A stretch of DNA of 62,854 nucleotides, the filler included, from Hyphochytrium catenoides (Eukaryota; Protista; Hyphochytriomycota), in the NCBI GenBank assembly GCA_900088475.1. It is 6 parts of 6 records of this genome, joined end to end, with 100 filler letters (N's around TTAATTAATTAA, not from the genome) between each part and the next. Parts side by side here need not be neighbours in the genome. Positions count along the whole stretch, not along the records: positions 20,359 to 44,164 come from FLMG01000215.1; 5 more parts are not named here. One strand, written 5' to 3'. Positions within the stretch are counted from its first letter, which is position 1; each line of letters begins with the position of its first letter. Made by a program: the position numbers and the translations under genes. The notes below the pieces were generated by a model. It did no database searches and had not been told where the DNA came from. It saw only the letters and a list, made by a program, of their open reading frames with translations. Shown piece after piece: positions 23,840-35,358 of this stretch.

Positions 23840-25414
23840 ATGGGCTTCTCTTTAAGGAATCTTATGACGACAGAAGATCTGAAGGCTTCCTTCAATCTCT
23901 TCTGCTGTGTCTATGGCATCGGTACATTGGGCATGCCTGCAAACTTTGCCCGAGCAGGGCCAGTAGCGGCTAGTTTGGCGCTCCTATTTATGGCAAGTGC
24001 GAATGTCTTTGCCTCGTTTGCAGTCAGCAAGGCCCTTCTGGCTGCACCACCGGGAGTGAGGACCTTTGGCGATCTAGGCGAATGGGTCTTTGGGAAAGCA
24101 GGGCGATGGGCTGTTAACCTTTCTCAGCTTGGCGTATGTCTGCTTGTACCTTGTGCCTTCCTGGTGCTCGGCTCAATCCTTCTTGATGTGCTCTTCCCGG
24201 ATGCGCTATCTCCGTATATATGGATAGTCCTGATGGCAATTAGTCTCACTCCATTCTGTCTCACGCCGACGCTGAAGGAAACAGCTGGTGCAGCCTTCGC
24301 TGGAGCCGTAGGAACTCTTCTAGCGGATGGGATTGCTCTAGGCATCATGTACTATTATTTAACTCCATTGAAGAGCCCGAGACCAGCTCCTGATGTGACC
24401 TTCGAACAGGTGATCGCAACTTTCGGTAACCTAAGTCTGGCCTATGGTGCGTCCATCGTCATCCCAGCTCTCCAACGGCAGCATTCAAACCCCAAGAGAT
24501 TGCCTGGCGTCATTGCAGGCACTCTGGCCTTCATCTCAGTCCTCTTCCTGATCATCGCGGTTACGGGATACGTTTTGGTCGGATGTCAAATCCCAGGGAA
24601 CCTTCTGTTCGCTGTCTCTGGGACGAGCTTGGGGTTTACGGCCTCCAGGGGCTCTATTGTTCTATCCTTCTTAGCCATGCAGCTCCACATCACAATCGCC
24701 TTTGCAGTCATCCTTCACCCTGCGCTTTATCTAGCCGAAAGGGCAATCCTTGGGCTGCACAGTTCTTCCCAAGGGCAAGGACAGCTGCCAACGCATTATG
24801 GCGCTCATGGAGATAGGACTGGCTATGGTGATAGGCATCGTGGTGGTATCGACAGCACTCATGGAGTAGGTATGGAGGTGACAACTCCAGAGATGCTGGG
24901 CTCGGCATCCGGGCGGCATAAGGAGCTGGCCTCTCCAGGAGGACTTAGAGGCAGCACTCGTCAAAAGAGTATCCATTCCATTGCATCCTTGGTGGACATT
25001 GCGGGTCATGATGAGGAAGATGAGGATATGAAGACCTATCGCCAACCGGGAGTGATGTGGAAGGTCACTTTGCTGCGCTTGTTCATTATCGGTGCTCTAG
25101 TTGCGCTTGCTTGTGGCCTCAAAGACCATTTCCTCGACCTCCAAGACTTCATCGGTGCTTCTGCGATGAGCGTTTGCTGCATCATCCTTCCATGTCTGTT
25201 CTATTTGAAGGTCTTCTGGCGGACGCTTCCCGTCTATCAGAAGGTTTACTTTGGCATCGTCGTAGTCGTCTGCGCCCTTGTAGGGGCATACTCGACCTAC
25301 AATGCTGGGAGAAAACTCTTTTTAGCCCCATCTAGCCCAAAGTTCCCCTTCTGCCCTGAGGGTGATTATCAGAACGTTGTCTACACCAACCAGACAGTGT
25401 TCCCGCTTAACTAA
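23840..25414 (+). CDS. Amino acid/auxin permease (AAAP, Aa_trans) family transporter; intronless, 524 aa
   Basis: About 11 TM helices. Motifs EDLKASFNLFCCVYGIGTLGMPANFARAGP, TFGDLGEWVFG, FGNLSLAYGASIVIPALQRQH, GCQIPGNLLF and FLDLQDFIGASA...ILPCLFYLK closely resemble the oomycete-expanded AAAP subfamily as I recall it. Confidence 0.92.
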   Translation: MGFSLRNLMTTEDLKASFNLFCCVYGIGTLGMPANFARAGPVAASLALLFMASANVFASFAVSKALLAAPPGVRTFGDLGEWVFGKAGRWAVNLSQLGVCLLVPCAFLVLGSILLDVLFPDALSPYIWIVLMAISLTPFCLTPTLKETAGAAFAGAVGTLLADGIALGIMYYYLTPLKSPRPAPDVTFEQVIATFGNLSLAYGASIVIPALQRQHSNPKRLPGVIAGTLAFISVLFLIIAVTGYVLVGCQIPGNLLFAVSGTSLGFTASRGSIVLSFLAMQLHITIAFAVILHPALYLAERAILGLHSSSQGQGQLPTHYGAHGDRTGYGDRHRGGIDSTHGVGMEVTTPEMLGSASGRHKELASPGGLRGSTRQKSIHSIASLVDIAGHDEEDEDMKTYRQPGVMWKVTLLRLFIIGALVALACGLKDHFLDLQDFIGASAMSVCCIILPCLFYLKVFWRTLPVYQKVYFGIVVVVCALVGAYSTYNAGRKLFLAPSSPKFPFCPEGDYQNVVYTNQTVFPLN

Positions 25415-26000
25415 GCAGATCGTCCATGGTATACTTCGTGTGTGGAGCTCTCAGCTCTGAGACTTCACTCGTATCCTCGCTGTTTGTGCACTCCTTTAGA
25501 GACTATCTATATGTGAATAAATACATCTGTTATGGCAGGTACCTTCCCTTGTTGACCCTGGCCTAGTCTCTCCTACTGTTGGCATTGCCAGAGAAGATGT
25601 GTCCTGTGAGCTTGTGCAGAAGTAATAGCCTATTCCAGGTGCATTGCTCTATCAAAAGCAAGGACTAATAAGCGCACTGGCCTAAGTGATGCTTCCACTC
25701 GTGTCACGAGACCAACTGCATCATACTTGCCGGTCTGACTATATGTGAGCCGACTAACCGCGAATGCCCCCAACAGGCACGGCGACGATTCACTGCTGCC
25801 AACAATATATGAATTTGCAGAACACTGAGACGAGAAGATAGACAGAGACTCGAGACTGCCTGTAGGGCCTATGCCAGTAAATACATTTAATAATTAGTTG
25901 TCTCTTGGGTCGGGAAAGCTCTATCAAACTGTAGAGTGACGTCAAGACAAGCAACATGCAGAGAAATAGTAGTTTCCTTGCGGAGTCAAGAAAGCCTTGC

Positions 26001-27680
26001 TTATCGCAAGTGTCGCCGATAACCATCATCGGCTGGCGGGGCAGAGCAAATGTTGGCGGGAAGTTGCTTCCGCAGCTGAGCAACCACCTTATTCCAGCCA
26101 GGTTTGGGCTTGGCCTGAGTGATGCCGATTACGCCGTCTGCTATCCTTGCCTTAAGATTTTCGACCTTGTCCCAGGCCTCATCATGTCCGGTGGACCCTC
26201 CGCCAGAGCCATAGCCGGTGTCAGCAATGAGCTTCTTGCCAGTCAGGCTCGTCATCCAACCCCACTCAATGAGATTGTTATTATCACTCCTAATGCGCTT
26301 CATAGAAGCCTGGGTCCTCCCGCCACTCGTGTGGATAAAGTCAAGGTCGCTGGATTTGAAGTTGCTCCACCACGCTTCCTGCTGGGCACCGTTAACCCAA
26401 GGACTGATGTCCCACGATGTCTTAGCGTTTGGCAGCTCCTTCTTTATTGCCGCAATAATATCGTCGAGCAGTGCCGTCATCTCTTGCTTCTTTAGTCCTC
26501 CACCGCGCTGTACATACGTCTCGTGCTTGTTATCTGAGTATTGGTAGTAGTCGGGCTCCAGCAGCCAAATCATCATCGCATTCTTTCCGATGATCTTGGC
26601 TGTCTCTTTTGCATACTGCGCATAGGTTTTAAGGATAAGGTCGCGGTTTTTCCGGATAAAGTCTGCGCCTCCTTCGCACAGGGTTAAGCCTCCGGTGTCG
26701 CAGTCTCGGAGGCCTGCTTTGGCTCGACCTGAGAAGGCAATAATATAGCCGTAGTATACTGGTGTGAGCTTGTACTTCATCGCTGTCTCAAGCATTTTTC
26801 CATGAAAGTAAGGGTTAAAGTCAGTGCTCCCCGTTTCAGAATTTGGCGCGCCAGCCCAGACTGTCAGATAGTCCAAGCCTTCATAATAATCCTTCTCCCC
26901 ATCGTAAGACGTGCCGAAGTTGAACTTGCAAGGGTTGAAGCCTCCGGAAGAAGACACGCTCGTGCCATTAGAAGAAAGAGCTGGCTTGTTGGGGCTTGTG
27001 ACCGCTGGCGTAGGGGCAGGTGCCGGTCCGACTACGGGTGGCTTCGGCTGAGGTTTCGAAGGTGGAGAAGGAGGCAGTGGCGAAGGATAACTGTCTGACA
27101 ATGGCGGCGAAGGCAGCGAGGGATAGTCGTCTTTAGAGGGAGATGGGGATGGGGAGGAAGGAGGATGCAGTGGCGAAGGATAAGGTTCTGACATTGGTGG
27201 CGCAGGAACCGAGGGATAGTCGTCTTTGGAGGGAGATGGAGATTTGGGTGAAGGAGGAGGAGGGGGCGCTGGAGATGGCCCAAGAGGTTTAGGTGAAGTG
27301 CTTCCCCGAGCTGGTAGACATTGTGAGTACCACTCGCCAAAAGCCGTGCAAGTGTTACCAGGGTTGCAGCAGGTCGGGCCCTGCCACCCTTTGCCGCCGC
27401 ACTGGGCATAGCGTAGGGCACAAGCTCCAGAAGCAGATGAAGAAGAAGCGTCCGGTAGGCACTGTGAGTAGTAGTCATTCTGCACGACACATTTGGAGCC
27501 TGCCTCACAGGTCGTACTTCCTTTCCAGTTGATGCCCCCGCATTGCTCATATACATAGGAGGTAGCTCCAGACTGAGCCTTATCATGCCCTGATTTCCTT
27601 TTGCACCCGGCTGTAGCCGTTTGAGGAAGAAGCAAGGCTGCTGACCATAACAGCAGCCCTACACTGCGATGACTCAGCAT
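26001..27680 (-). CDS. Secreted protein with two CBM1 cellulose-binding modules, a Pro/Ser linker and an unassigned putative glycoside-hydrolase-like domain; intronless, 559 aa
   Basis: Signal peptide aa 1-24. CBM1 motifs [15 protein letters not shown]...NDYYSQCL and [15 protein letters not shown]...EWYSQCL. A Pro-rich linker is followed by a ~310-aa globular domain containing [25 protein letters not shown] and IADTGYG. Confidence 0.9.
   Translation of the reverse strand: MLSHRSVGLLLWSAALLLPQTATAGCKRKSGHDKAQSGATSYVYEQCGGINWKGSTTCEAGSKCVVQNDYYSQCLPDASSSSASGACALRYAQCGGKGWQGPTCCNPGNTCTAFGEWYSQCLPARGSTSPKPLGPSPAPPPPPSPKSPSPSKDDYPSVPAPPMSEPYPSPLHPPSSPSPSPSKDDYPSLPSPPLSDSYPSPLPPSPPSKPQPKPPVVGPAPAPTPAVTSPNKPALSSNGTSVSSSGGFNPCKFNFGTSYDGEKDYYEGLDYLTVWAGAPNSETGSTDFNPYFHGKMLETAMKYKLTPVYYGYIIAFSGRAKAGLRDCDTGGLTLCEGGADFIRKNRDLILKTYAQYAKETAKIIGKNAMMIWLLEPDYYQYSDNKHETYVQRGGGLKKQEMTALLDDIIAAIKKELPNAKTSWDISPWVNGAQQEAWWSNFKSSDLDFIHTSGGRTQASMKRIRSDNNNLIEWGWMTSLTGKKLIADTGYGSGGGSTGHDEAWDKVENLKARIADGVIGITQAKPKPGWNKVVAQLRKQLPANICSAPPADDGYRRHLR
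27060..27250 (-). repeat. Coding tandem duplication (~96 nt, 32 aa) in the Pro-rich linker
   Basis: [25 protein letters not shown] versus [25 protein letters not shown]. Confidence 0.85.
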
Positions 27681-30323
27681 TGTGATGGTAAGAACGGCAC
27701 GAAGATGATAACCACAAAGGGCCCAAGAAACAATGTGAAGACAGTAATGGGAGTAGCCTGCGTTGACAATTGCAAATCAGGGACTGCTAGGCCAATGATG
27801 CTTCTTTTCGATGGCTAGGTACTAGCGTCTGCCGAGAGGTATGGACAATGATGACACACTGCCAGGATGTGCGATGCCGTCTCAATGCCGTGCGACGTAA
27901 CCACGAGAAGGTCATGCAAGATGATGGCATCGGCGCTGTCCTTCTCTCTCGCCCTCACAGCTGGCACTGCTAAACCCTAAACGCAAGAGAGATTGGGCAT
28001 CGCTAGCTCTAGAAACAACGATATCGTCTTGCTTCAAATGTCACTGACAGATAGTGGAGCGCCAGGAGGAAGATATACGGAGGTCTAGGGAATAGCTCTA
28101 GAGGTACTGCGGTGTGTGGCTACTCTGAATTCTACCACCGGCCATGCTAGCCAGAACAACGATCAGCATAAAAAGCTAGACTCGGAAATAGTATAGATCA
28201 GCTGCTCTGTATGCCTCTCCGGCTCTAGTGCTAGTTCTAGCCGTCTTCAGCCAGATTTCATAGATGCTTGACGGGCTCCAGCTAAGAGTATTCTGTCTTG
28301 ACAAAGGGCTATGTACCCTAAGATCTGGTAGTTCTACGACAGAAGTGGTCGTAGACTACATGGCAGTGCGTTCCGTGCTCTTTCACTGTCTCTATCCAGA
28401 CTCTTCCCCAGGTTGCTGACGGATTGCATCTGTAGTTCGTCTCCCTTCACATCAGCCTTTCTTTCCTTATTATTTTGCTGAAGATCACAAGGTTTGGTCC
28501 GTCCCCATTGTTAATATTAGCAGCAAGGGCGCCAAATGAACGAACCAGTACTGCAAAACAGTAGACCTATTGTTAGAAGTCAGGCTATGATGATGTCTAG
28601 GTCAGGAAGTGACAGAGCTTGCTCGTCACATTGCGTCAAGGCCTGTACCAGAGATGTCACACATGTCACAGGGCCTAAGACCGTCTTTCGTGCTTCCCTC
28701 CCGTTGGAACTATTACTATCCCGGTTCAATGAAGGAGTGAAGCCTGTGGTAGATTGACAACCTTTCTTAGTCCATAACATGCACTTTTTCTGTTGTCTGC
28801 TGTCGGCTGCATCAGACTCCGACAGCTTTGGGCGCATGTCTACATAACCGTAGTGTACCTAACTCCTCATCTCTCAACCTCCAGCGTGCCAGCAAGCATT
28901 AGTTCTAAGTGGCCCTCTTCCAAACCTGAATGCGGCTGTTTGCGACGAACTTTCTTCAAGGTTGGGGTTACTGGCTAGCGGTTTTTTTGGAACTATCTGT
29001 TGAGAGTCAAGGGGCAACGGAGGCGTTTGGAAGGAGTTTGGAGCAACTTCACCACCAATGAGAAGGATGCCACATGATGAGGACGTTCTACGAACATGGA
29101 TAGTCAGTCAGCTATCCGAACCTTTCTTGCACTAATTATAGCTCTCCTATCCAACCTTCACTTGTTCTATTAGTGCAGTACTTTGAGGAGGCTTCGATCG
29201 GTGGTGCCAGTGCATAGACAGTAGAACCTCTTGACTTGGACATCCTGAGATCTCCGTGTTTGTTGGATCAACGACTGCTAATAAGTAGATCTAGCGGGTG
29301 TGCCTGGAGTCATTAGAGAAAGAGAGAGCAGAGAAACACCTGCCAGCGACATCCTGCCACAACAGCAGAATGCAACCTCCACCGACAATAACGAATCCAA
29401 CAACATAACCCCTCCGCCGCCGCCACAACGTTCGCGAAGAAATCATAGAGATTTGACGTCACCTGAAGAACAACCGGCCGCAAAAAGAAGAATGACAATA
29501 ACAAACAAGGACATCAGCGCCCCCTCACTATAACTATGACATGCTAAAACATAAGTATACTTCGTCGATTAGCATGTCATAGTTATTGGGAAGGAGAGCG
29601 AGGGCCTTCAACGCCATCTTCTTGCAGGCGACCACGACAGCCACAGTATTATCAAATAAAGAATCTAATCCCAAACCCAACTACCAACATAAACATGTGC
29701 TGCACATAGTATTTGGTCGGGGTCGGAGCGGGCGACGGCCGAGACATACGAGCCTTGTTTCTTTATAAGAGCGAGCGGGTTCAGAAAATCACCCACTACT
29801 TACCAGGCAAATGCCGAACGAAGTGAAGGTGATGCGCATCTGTTGTTATGAAAGCCTTGGTAATCACCGACCTGACACTTCTCTTTCTCTCTTCTTCCCT
29901 CGCTTGTCCCGGCCAACTCACACTTCTTAGACCTCTCTTTGCTCAGAAAAAGATCAGAGGTAAACTTCGAAGACCGGGAAGTAGAAGGGTTGGATGTGCG
30001 TTGATCTAGCCATTACGGTGCGAAGTAATATACACATAAGATTGCACATGGTTCTATCCCCTCGCGTCCTCCCGCCCCGGATGCATTTGACCGACTCACT
30101 AGGTTGATACTACTGGAAGTGCTAGAATGATTAGAGCGGTCATGTCCCATGTGCCCGAGTATGAAAAGCTATGGAGGAAGAATGACGTGCCTTGCCAGCC
30201 TTGACCTGATAAGGATATCAATCAGCTGGCCCATTGTCGGGGACAAAGTCAATGAGGCACAAGAAGGCGTCGCTATTCTTACTCTCGCTGCCACAAGGGA
30301 AGCAAGATATAGCCCTAGTAGTG

Positions 30324-32571
30324 CTAGCTCGGGCGATTGACCTCATCCTTTATGATGATGGCATTATACTCAATGCTGGAATGAAGGGTTAGGAGCAAGT
30401 CTGGATGCCTGTAGACCTTGACGATGTTGCGCATTGTGTATATAAACAGGTTGAAGAGAGCATCCAATGAGGAGCTCGAAGGGGGCCGCGCAATGAAGGT
30501 GGCAAAGAGCGTCCAATCCTTCTGTTGCAGCGATGAAAGCGGTGTTTGCTTCTCTTGACCGCTGTCGCGACGCGACCGTGATGCAAGATAGAGAGCCAAG
30601 ATAATCTGGACAGCAGCGAGGAGAGAATTGCTAAGGACCACCCACTTTCTTCTACTCTGGGGAGGAAGGGGTATGGCATCTTGGGCTAAGAGTAGGGTCG
30701 CTGTGATCATGCTAATGGATCCTACAACCATTGAGCTAAGAGGGGTTGCAAGTGGGCAGTGAGTACTGTGCTAACATAATGAAGAAGAACAATCATATAA
30801 AGGTCGTACCTGGGACCCCAGCCCGTCAGCTGTCCTGCATAGTAAAATAGCTGGCCAGTGTTAAGTGACAGGAAGAGAACTTCGAAGTCCCTCAAGAGAA
30901 GCAGCAGCAGCTTTGGAACCGCCTTACTTAGGAGCAAAAGGTTACACAGGAAGCTCATCGCCAAGAAAAACCAGATGGCAACGATCGGCGCCTGACTGTT
31001 CACCAATAGAGCTTGAACTCCAATGGCAAAGAAGCTAGAGAGGACAAGACTCCTTTCCCTGCCAATGTGCATGAATCCGAGGAAGAGAGATGATGTCAGC
31101 AGGTTATCCTTCTCTCTATTTCCCTTCGATAACGGCTTGATATACGGGGAGTGCCCTGTCGATCGTTTATATCTGGTCCTAATGCTGTGATAAACATCTT
31201 CGTGTGGTGCTAGGAGCATCGTTTCCGCTATAGGATGAAGCGTGTAGCCTCTTCGTCCTCTTCCAGAATGAGCCCTAAGGAATGCAAGATGAGTGCACGT
31301 AACGGATATCGCATCCTCAACAGGCAAAGACTCGGTGGACGGAAACCCAACTTACCCTTTCGCTCGTGCAGGTCCCGTTACCTCGGCCTGATGAGCAGTG
31401 TGTTCCCCTACCTTCATCGACAAGCCGCCATCAGTTGACGTTGCGACTAATGCGTTGCGGCCCTGTAGCGCCTTGGCAGCACGGCTTGCGGGAGGCTTCT
31501 CTAACCCTTCCGCCGCTATTATTGTGTCACCGGTGGCGGCAGCAACTTGTTGGATCTGAATGGGCCAGCGGATAGTGACGAACCTGGATATTCCTTTGGA
31601 AGTGTTTTGGAGCTTTCCTAGCCACTTCGGTACAAGAAGGCAGCAGTAAAGGCCCAAGGCTAAGTTACAGTCTGCGGCTATGATCCATGGCCTGACCGGT
31701 ATGTTATAGATAACCAACTGCGTCATGCGGAGGTTTGGATAGACCTCCATGTAGAAGTACGTGGCAACCCTATAGTCAGACGACACAGACGATAAGCACG
31801 CGCAGCAGCCATCATAAGTAAACCACGTAGTAATGGACAGCGCCCACCAACGAGAAGAGCAGTAAAAGCACTTTACCTGATGAGTATATAAGTTCCAATG
31901 ACTGAACCTATCGCAGCGACAGCTGTCTTGCTCCTGGTATCAGTAATAAGCGGCATTGTATCTGACAGGGGAATGGCAAGGCCACCGCTAAATGTGAGGA
32001 GAGAGAGGCCTATGGCCTGCATGGACTCGGTCCCCGTCGCATGGTAGGCGTGATAGTTTAGCAGGATAAAGCAGGGCAGTACCTGCACCATGAAGAAGCA
32101 GGAGCTAAAGTCTCGCAGAATCATCCGTACCAGCGTGGTGTTGAAGTCTGGCATCGAGAAGAGGAAGAAGTAAGTGTACAAGATTCCTGAGATCACGGCG
32201 AAAGCAGCTTGAACTTCTTTCCCGACGTTTTCTAATGCAATTATGCTGCTAAGAGCACTGATGCTGTACGACACCATGATAATGACCGTCAAAGTCCGAT
32301 AGAATTTGCTTCGCCGAAAGCGCAGGAAACGTTGGCGGAACTTTGCTGGCATGAAGGCCACCGCGAGCGTCTCCCTGGCTTCAATGACAATATCCTCGTA
32401 ACCCGGCGCCGGACTTATCTTCCATAGAATGAGTGCAGAGGACAACGAGCAAGAATCTTGTGATTGAGAAGGAGGGGAAGAGGAGGGAAGATCTCTCTCA
32501 ATCGGCTGCTTCAGCCCAGCAGGAGGCCCGACTAATACTGTCGGAGCCACGCTCGCCGGTGTCTTTCCCAT
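30324..32571 (-). CDS. Uncharacterised multi-pass membrane protein, paralog A (4 exons)
   Basis: ORF pieces 31873-32625, 31352-31786, 30722-31327 and 30324-30731 join in frame across GT-AG introns (31770-31876, ~31276-31355, ~30737-30809). Two internally similar TM bundles carry MILRDFSSCFF and LLLRDFEVLFL. Conservation with paralog B supports coding status. The start codon (ATG 32571) is tentative. Confidence 0.75.
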
Positions 32572-33008
32572 GGTTCCGACAGGCAGCGAGGGCCGTTCTC
32601 TCTGAATAGTAGAGCTATGACGCACTGTGTGAGTTGGGGCGGGGTGCTCACATCCTTGTCAGGCCCGCTAGCTATAGGAAAAGCGGCATTCTCTACGATG
32701 ACGAGGCCTTTGGAGGAGGAGAGAGCTCAGAAAATCATTGGGAGCCGAGCGAGGGGATGAACGGGATCTGTGCAGGGAATGAGGCTGCCTGACTCCTTCT
32801 CTGTTCTCCGTCGTAGTCTTGACCACTGCAATATCCCAGCATATAGGTAGGAATCTATAGCAACTTAGTGGGAGCATCTAGCTTCGCTCTCAGCCTTGTC
32901 CGAGGCCGCGGGTCCATTGCTGCGAGCTAGCTAGATATCACGTCTTCCAGCTGTCTGCNNNNNNNNNNNNNNNNNNNNNNNNNNNNNNNNNNNNNNNNNN
33001 NNNNNNNN

Positions 33009-33063
<55 letters not shown>

Positions 33064-33270
33064 CAAAGATGCACACAGCAGAGAGACTAAAGCTAAAGGA
33101 GCAGAAGAAGAAAGACTTTTGAGTGACATTGATTCCTGACAAGATCGAACGGAAGACGAGCTGGACAAGTTTAGAGAAAGATAGGGATGAAGGCAGACAA
33201 ACGGAGGAAAAGAGTAGAACGAGTAAGAGGAGAGAAGAGACCGAGACGGAGAGAGCGATTGAATTGGAGA

Positions 33271-33301
<31 letters not shown>

Positions 33302-33470
33302 ATAAGAGAGAGAGAGAGAGAGAGAGAACAAGAGAGAGCGAGAGAGAGAACAAGAGAGTGAGTGAGAGCAAAACATGAGAGAGATAGAAAAATGGGAAGA
33401 GAAGAGGAGAAAGACAAAGAGAAAGAGAAGAGAGAGACAGACAGAGAGAGAGGGAGAGAGAAAGAGAGAA
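33009..33470. repeat. (GA)n-rich low-complexity tract
   Basis: Pure (GA)n at 33011-33060, followed by purine-rich degenerate repeats, next to an N gap at 32959-33008. Confidence 0.9.
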
Positions 33471-34878
33471 CCAGTAGTACAGGCAGCTGGTGCTGGCAGT
33501 TTCACTCCTCTGCTACCAGGGGAGGTCTGAGTGGTTGTCAAGGCATAGAGAAGGGTCTCATCAAGGTCAACAGCGGCTTTCATACGTTACGTTGTACAAG
33601 TACTAGAACTCTGATAAACGATCAATGTATCGGAGTCTTCGCCGCCCTCATCCTCTGCCAGCAGCAGCAGCTAACACTTGCCGACCACCACGACCTTCTT
33701 CTTCGGTGGTGGTGCTATCTTCTAAATGATGCATGCAGCTCATTCAATCAGCTAGGTCGGCGCTTTTGCTGTTTGGAGCACCTCTGAGCTCTTCTATCAT
33801 TGAGCGGCGAGCACCATGTAGATTATTAAGGTGAGCATCATCATCATAATGAGAACTGCTGCTGCCGTCTGTCTTTACAAATAAAAGTGAATACATTTTT
33901 ATGAAAGAGACCGGTAGTAAGAAGAGATTGCCTACTGCCTAATGACGGTACTCCTGCATCCCGGTGGTGCACGTGGTCGTCACGACGTCCGTCAAAGGAG
34001 AACTGTAGAATCTCCGTCCGTGGTGCCAAAGAACAGTGTTTAGGTAAATTAATCAACTTCCTCCAGCTGTCACTTACGGAGAGTCGTATCGAAGAAAAGA
34101 CCTTTATTCCTACGTACTCCTCACTTCAAACACCACGCCCGTTCATTCTCCAGCCGTTAAGGCTTCAGCTCTTTCTTCACTCCGTGCAGCGCCGCGCATT
34201 GATACAGTGAGGGGTAGTACCATCATCCCTGTCCACTCCATAAAATAATCCAATGGTTCTGCGGCAGACTATCAAGGAGAGGGAGATGCCGACTGCTAGT
34301 AGTAGGGTGTATCATCTTCTCGTAGTGGCTGTTGGTAACTTACTTCTCTTCCTCGTGTCGCAGGCTTAGCAGAGTGGCGAGGAGTGTTGTTGTTGCTGGA
34401 TATTAACTGTTTCAACTCCAGGTGCCATCATGCTAGCTGGGACGAGTCCGGCGATCGTGGCTGATATGTGACCTATCTATGATGGCAGCAGTATCTTACA
34501 GCCTTGTTGTATGTTGGGCTCGGTTCTAGCTGGTGTGGGCAATATTACTATGATGGTACGGTACCACCAACCGTCGGCGATATGTTGCGGAGCGGGCCTG
34601 CGTGACGATGGTGTTGGTCCAGAGCAAGTGATGCACGCCAAACTTAGGACGCCACGGCATGTTGAACTCGTTTCATCTACCAGAATATATGAAGAATTCA
34701 TTCTCATCTTACTAAGCACCATCCGCGGCAATAACAGCATCCTGGTGGTGGTGGTCTTGCTTTTGCTGCGTTACAGCTCGCCCTTCTTAGTCAGCAGGAC
34801 TGTTAAACGCCCTCTAGAAATCTGCACTTCGTCAGCAGTCCACAGCCCTGTGGGATACGTGGCGCCGCCAATTCAAAA

Positions 34879-35358
34879 TCATCCACGGCCTGAAAATAGT
34901 TGCCCAACAAAGTTGGCTTTGTCCGATGGAGTTCCAAACTGGACACTGAACAACATCTCTGCAAACTTATCAAACGATTGCCGAGCCACTGGGCTCCTAC
35001 TCCCTGCCATCAAACGCATGAACCCTATCATGGTTAGGTAGATTGCAGTAGTTTCCTGCTCCTCGCCGCTGGTGATGTCGTCCCCAACAACTCGGAAGAT
35101 CTTGTACTCATCACTCTCATCATTAGTGAGGCCTCCTTCATCCTGAAAGAACCTCATGGTCTCTTCTCGTCCAAACGCTTCTGCGACGTCTTCAAGCTTG
35201 ACGAAGGTCGAGTCGCGCGTTCCGAATCCTCTTATTTCTACAAAGATTGGCTCATCAGCAGCTTCGCCGCCGTAGAGGAATGGGTGCACTCGCGGTCCAT
35301 ATGGAATGATCGGAGGAGCGAGAGGGTAGTCTCTTAATGGTCTGCCTGGCATACCCAT
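34879..35358 (-). pseudogene. Giant-virus (NCLDV)-like Bro-N-related gene, truncated or frameshifted
   Basis: YPLAPPII...VEIRG...TFVKLEDVAEAFG...IYLTMIGFMRLMAGSRSPVARQSFDKFAEMLFSVQFGTPSDK resembles the Mimiviridae-type pattern Y..AP.II...IE.RG....YF.VKDV...F...FLTY.G.LR.LF.SRS..A..F..WA...LFT.QMGT..QK as I recall it. The ORF ends early and downstream frames contain stops. Confidence 0.6.

Noticed and set aside
27970-27982. TAAACCCTAAA telomere-like motif (a similar one lies at ~35698)
   Set aside because: Fewer than two full units and internal to the scaffold, so consistent with chance.
28580-29280. WHHR...AL..VK.G on the minus strand, suggestive of a copia GAG-pre-integrase remnant
   Set aside because: The LGH and CxxC motifs and the integrase core are not recognisable, and there are many stops.
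33480-33583. DLDETL (FCP1/NIF phosphatase motif) at the start of ORF 32927..33583
   Set aside because: No downstream KRP, YTA or DN motifs follow, there are in-frame stops upstream, and the ORF runs into microsatellite.
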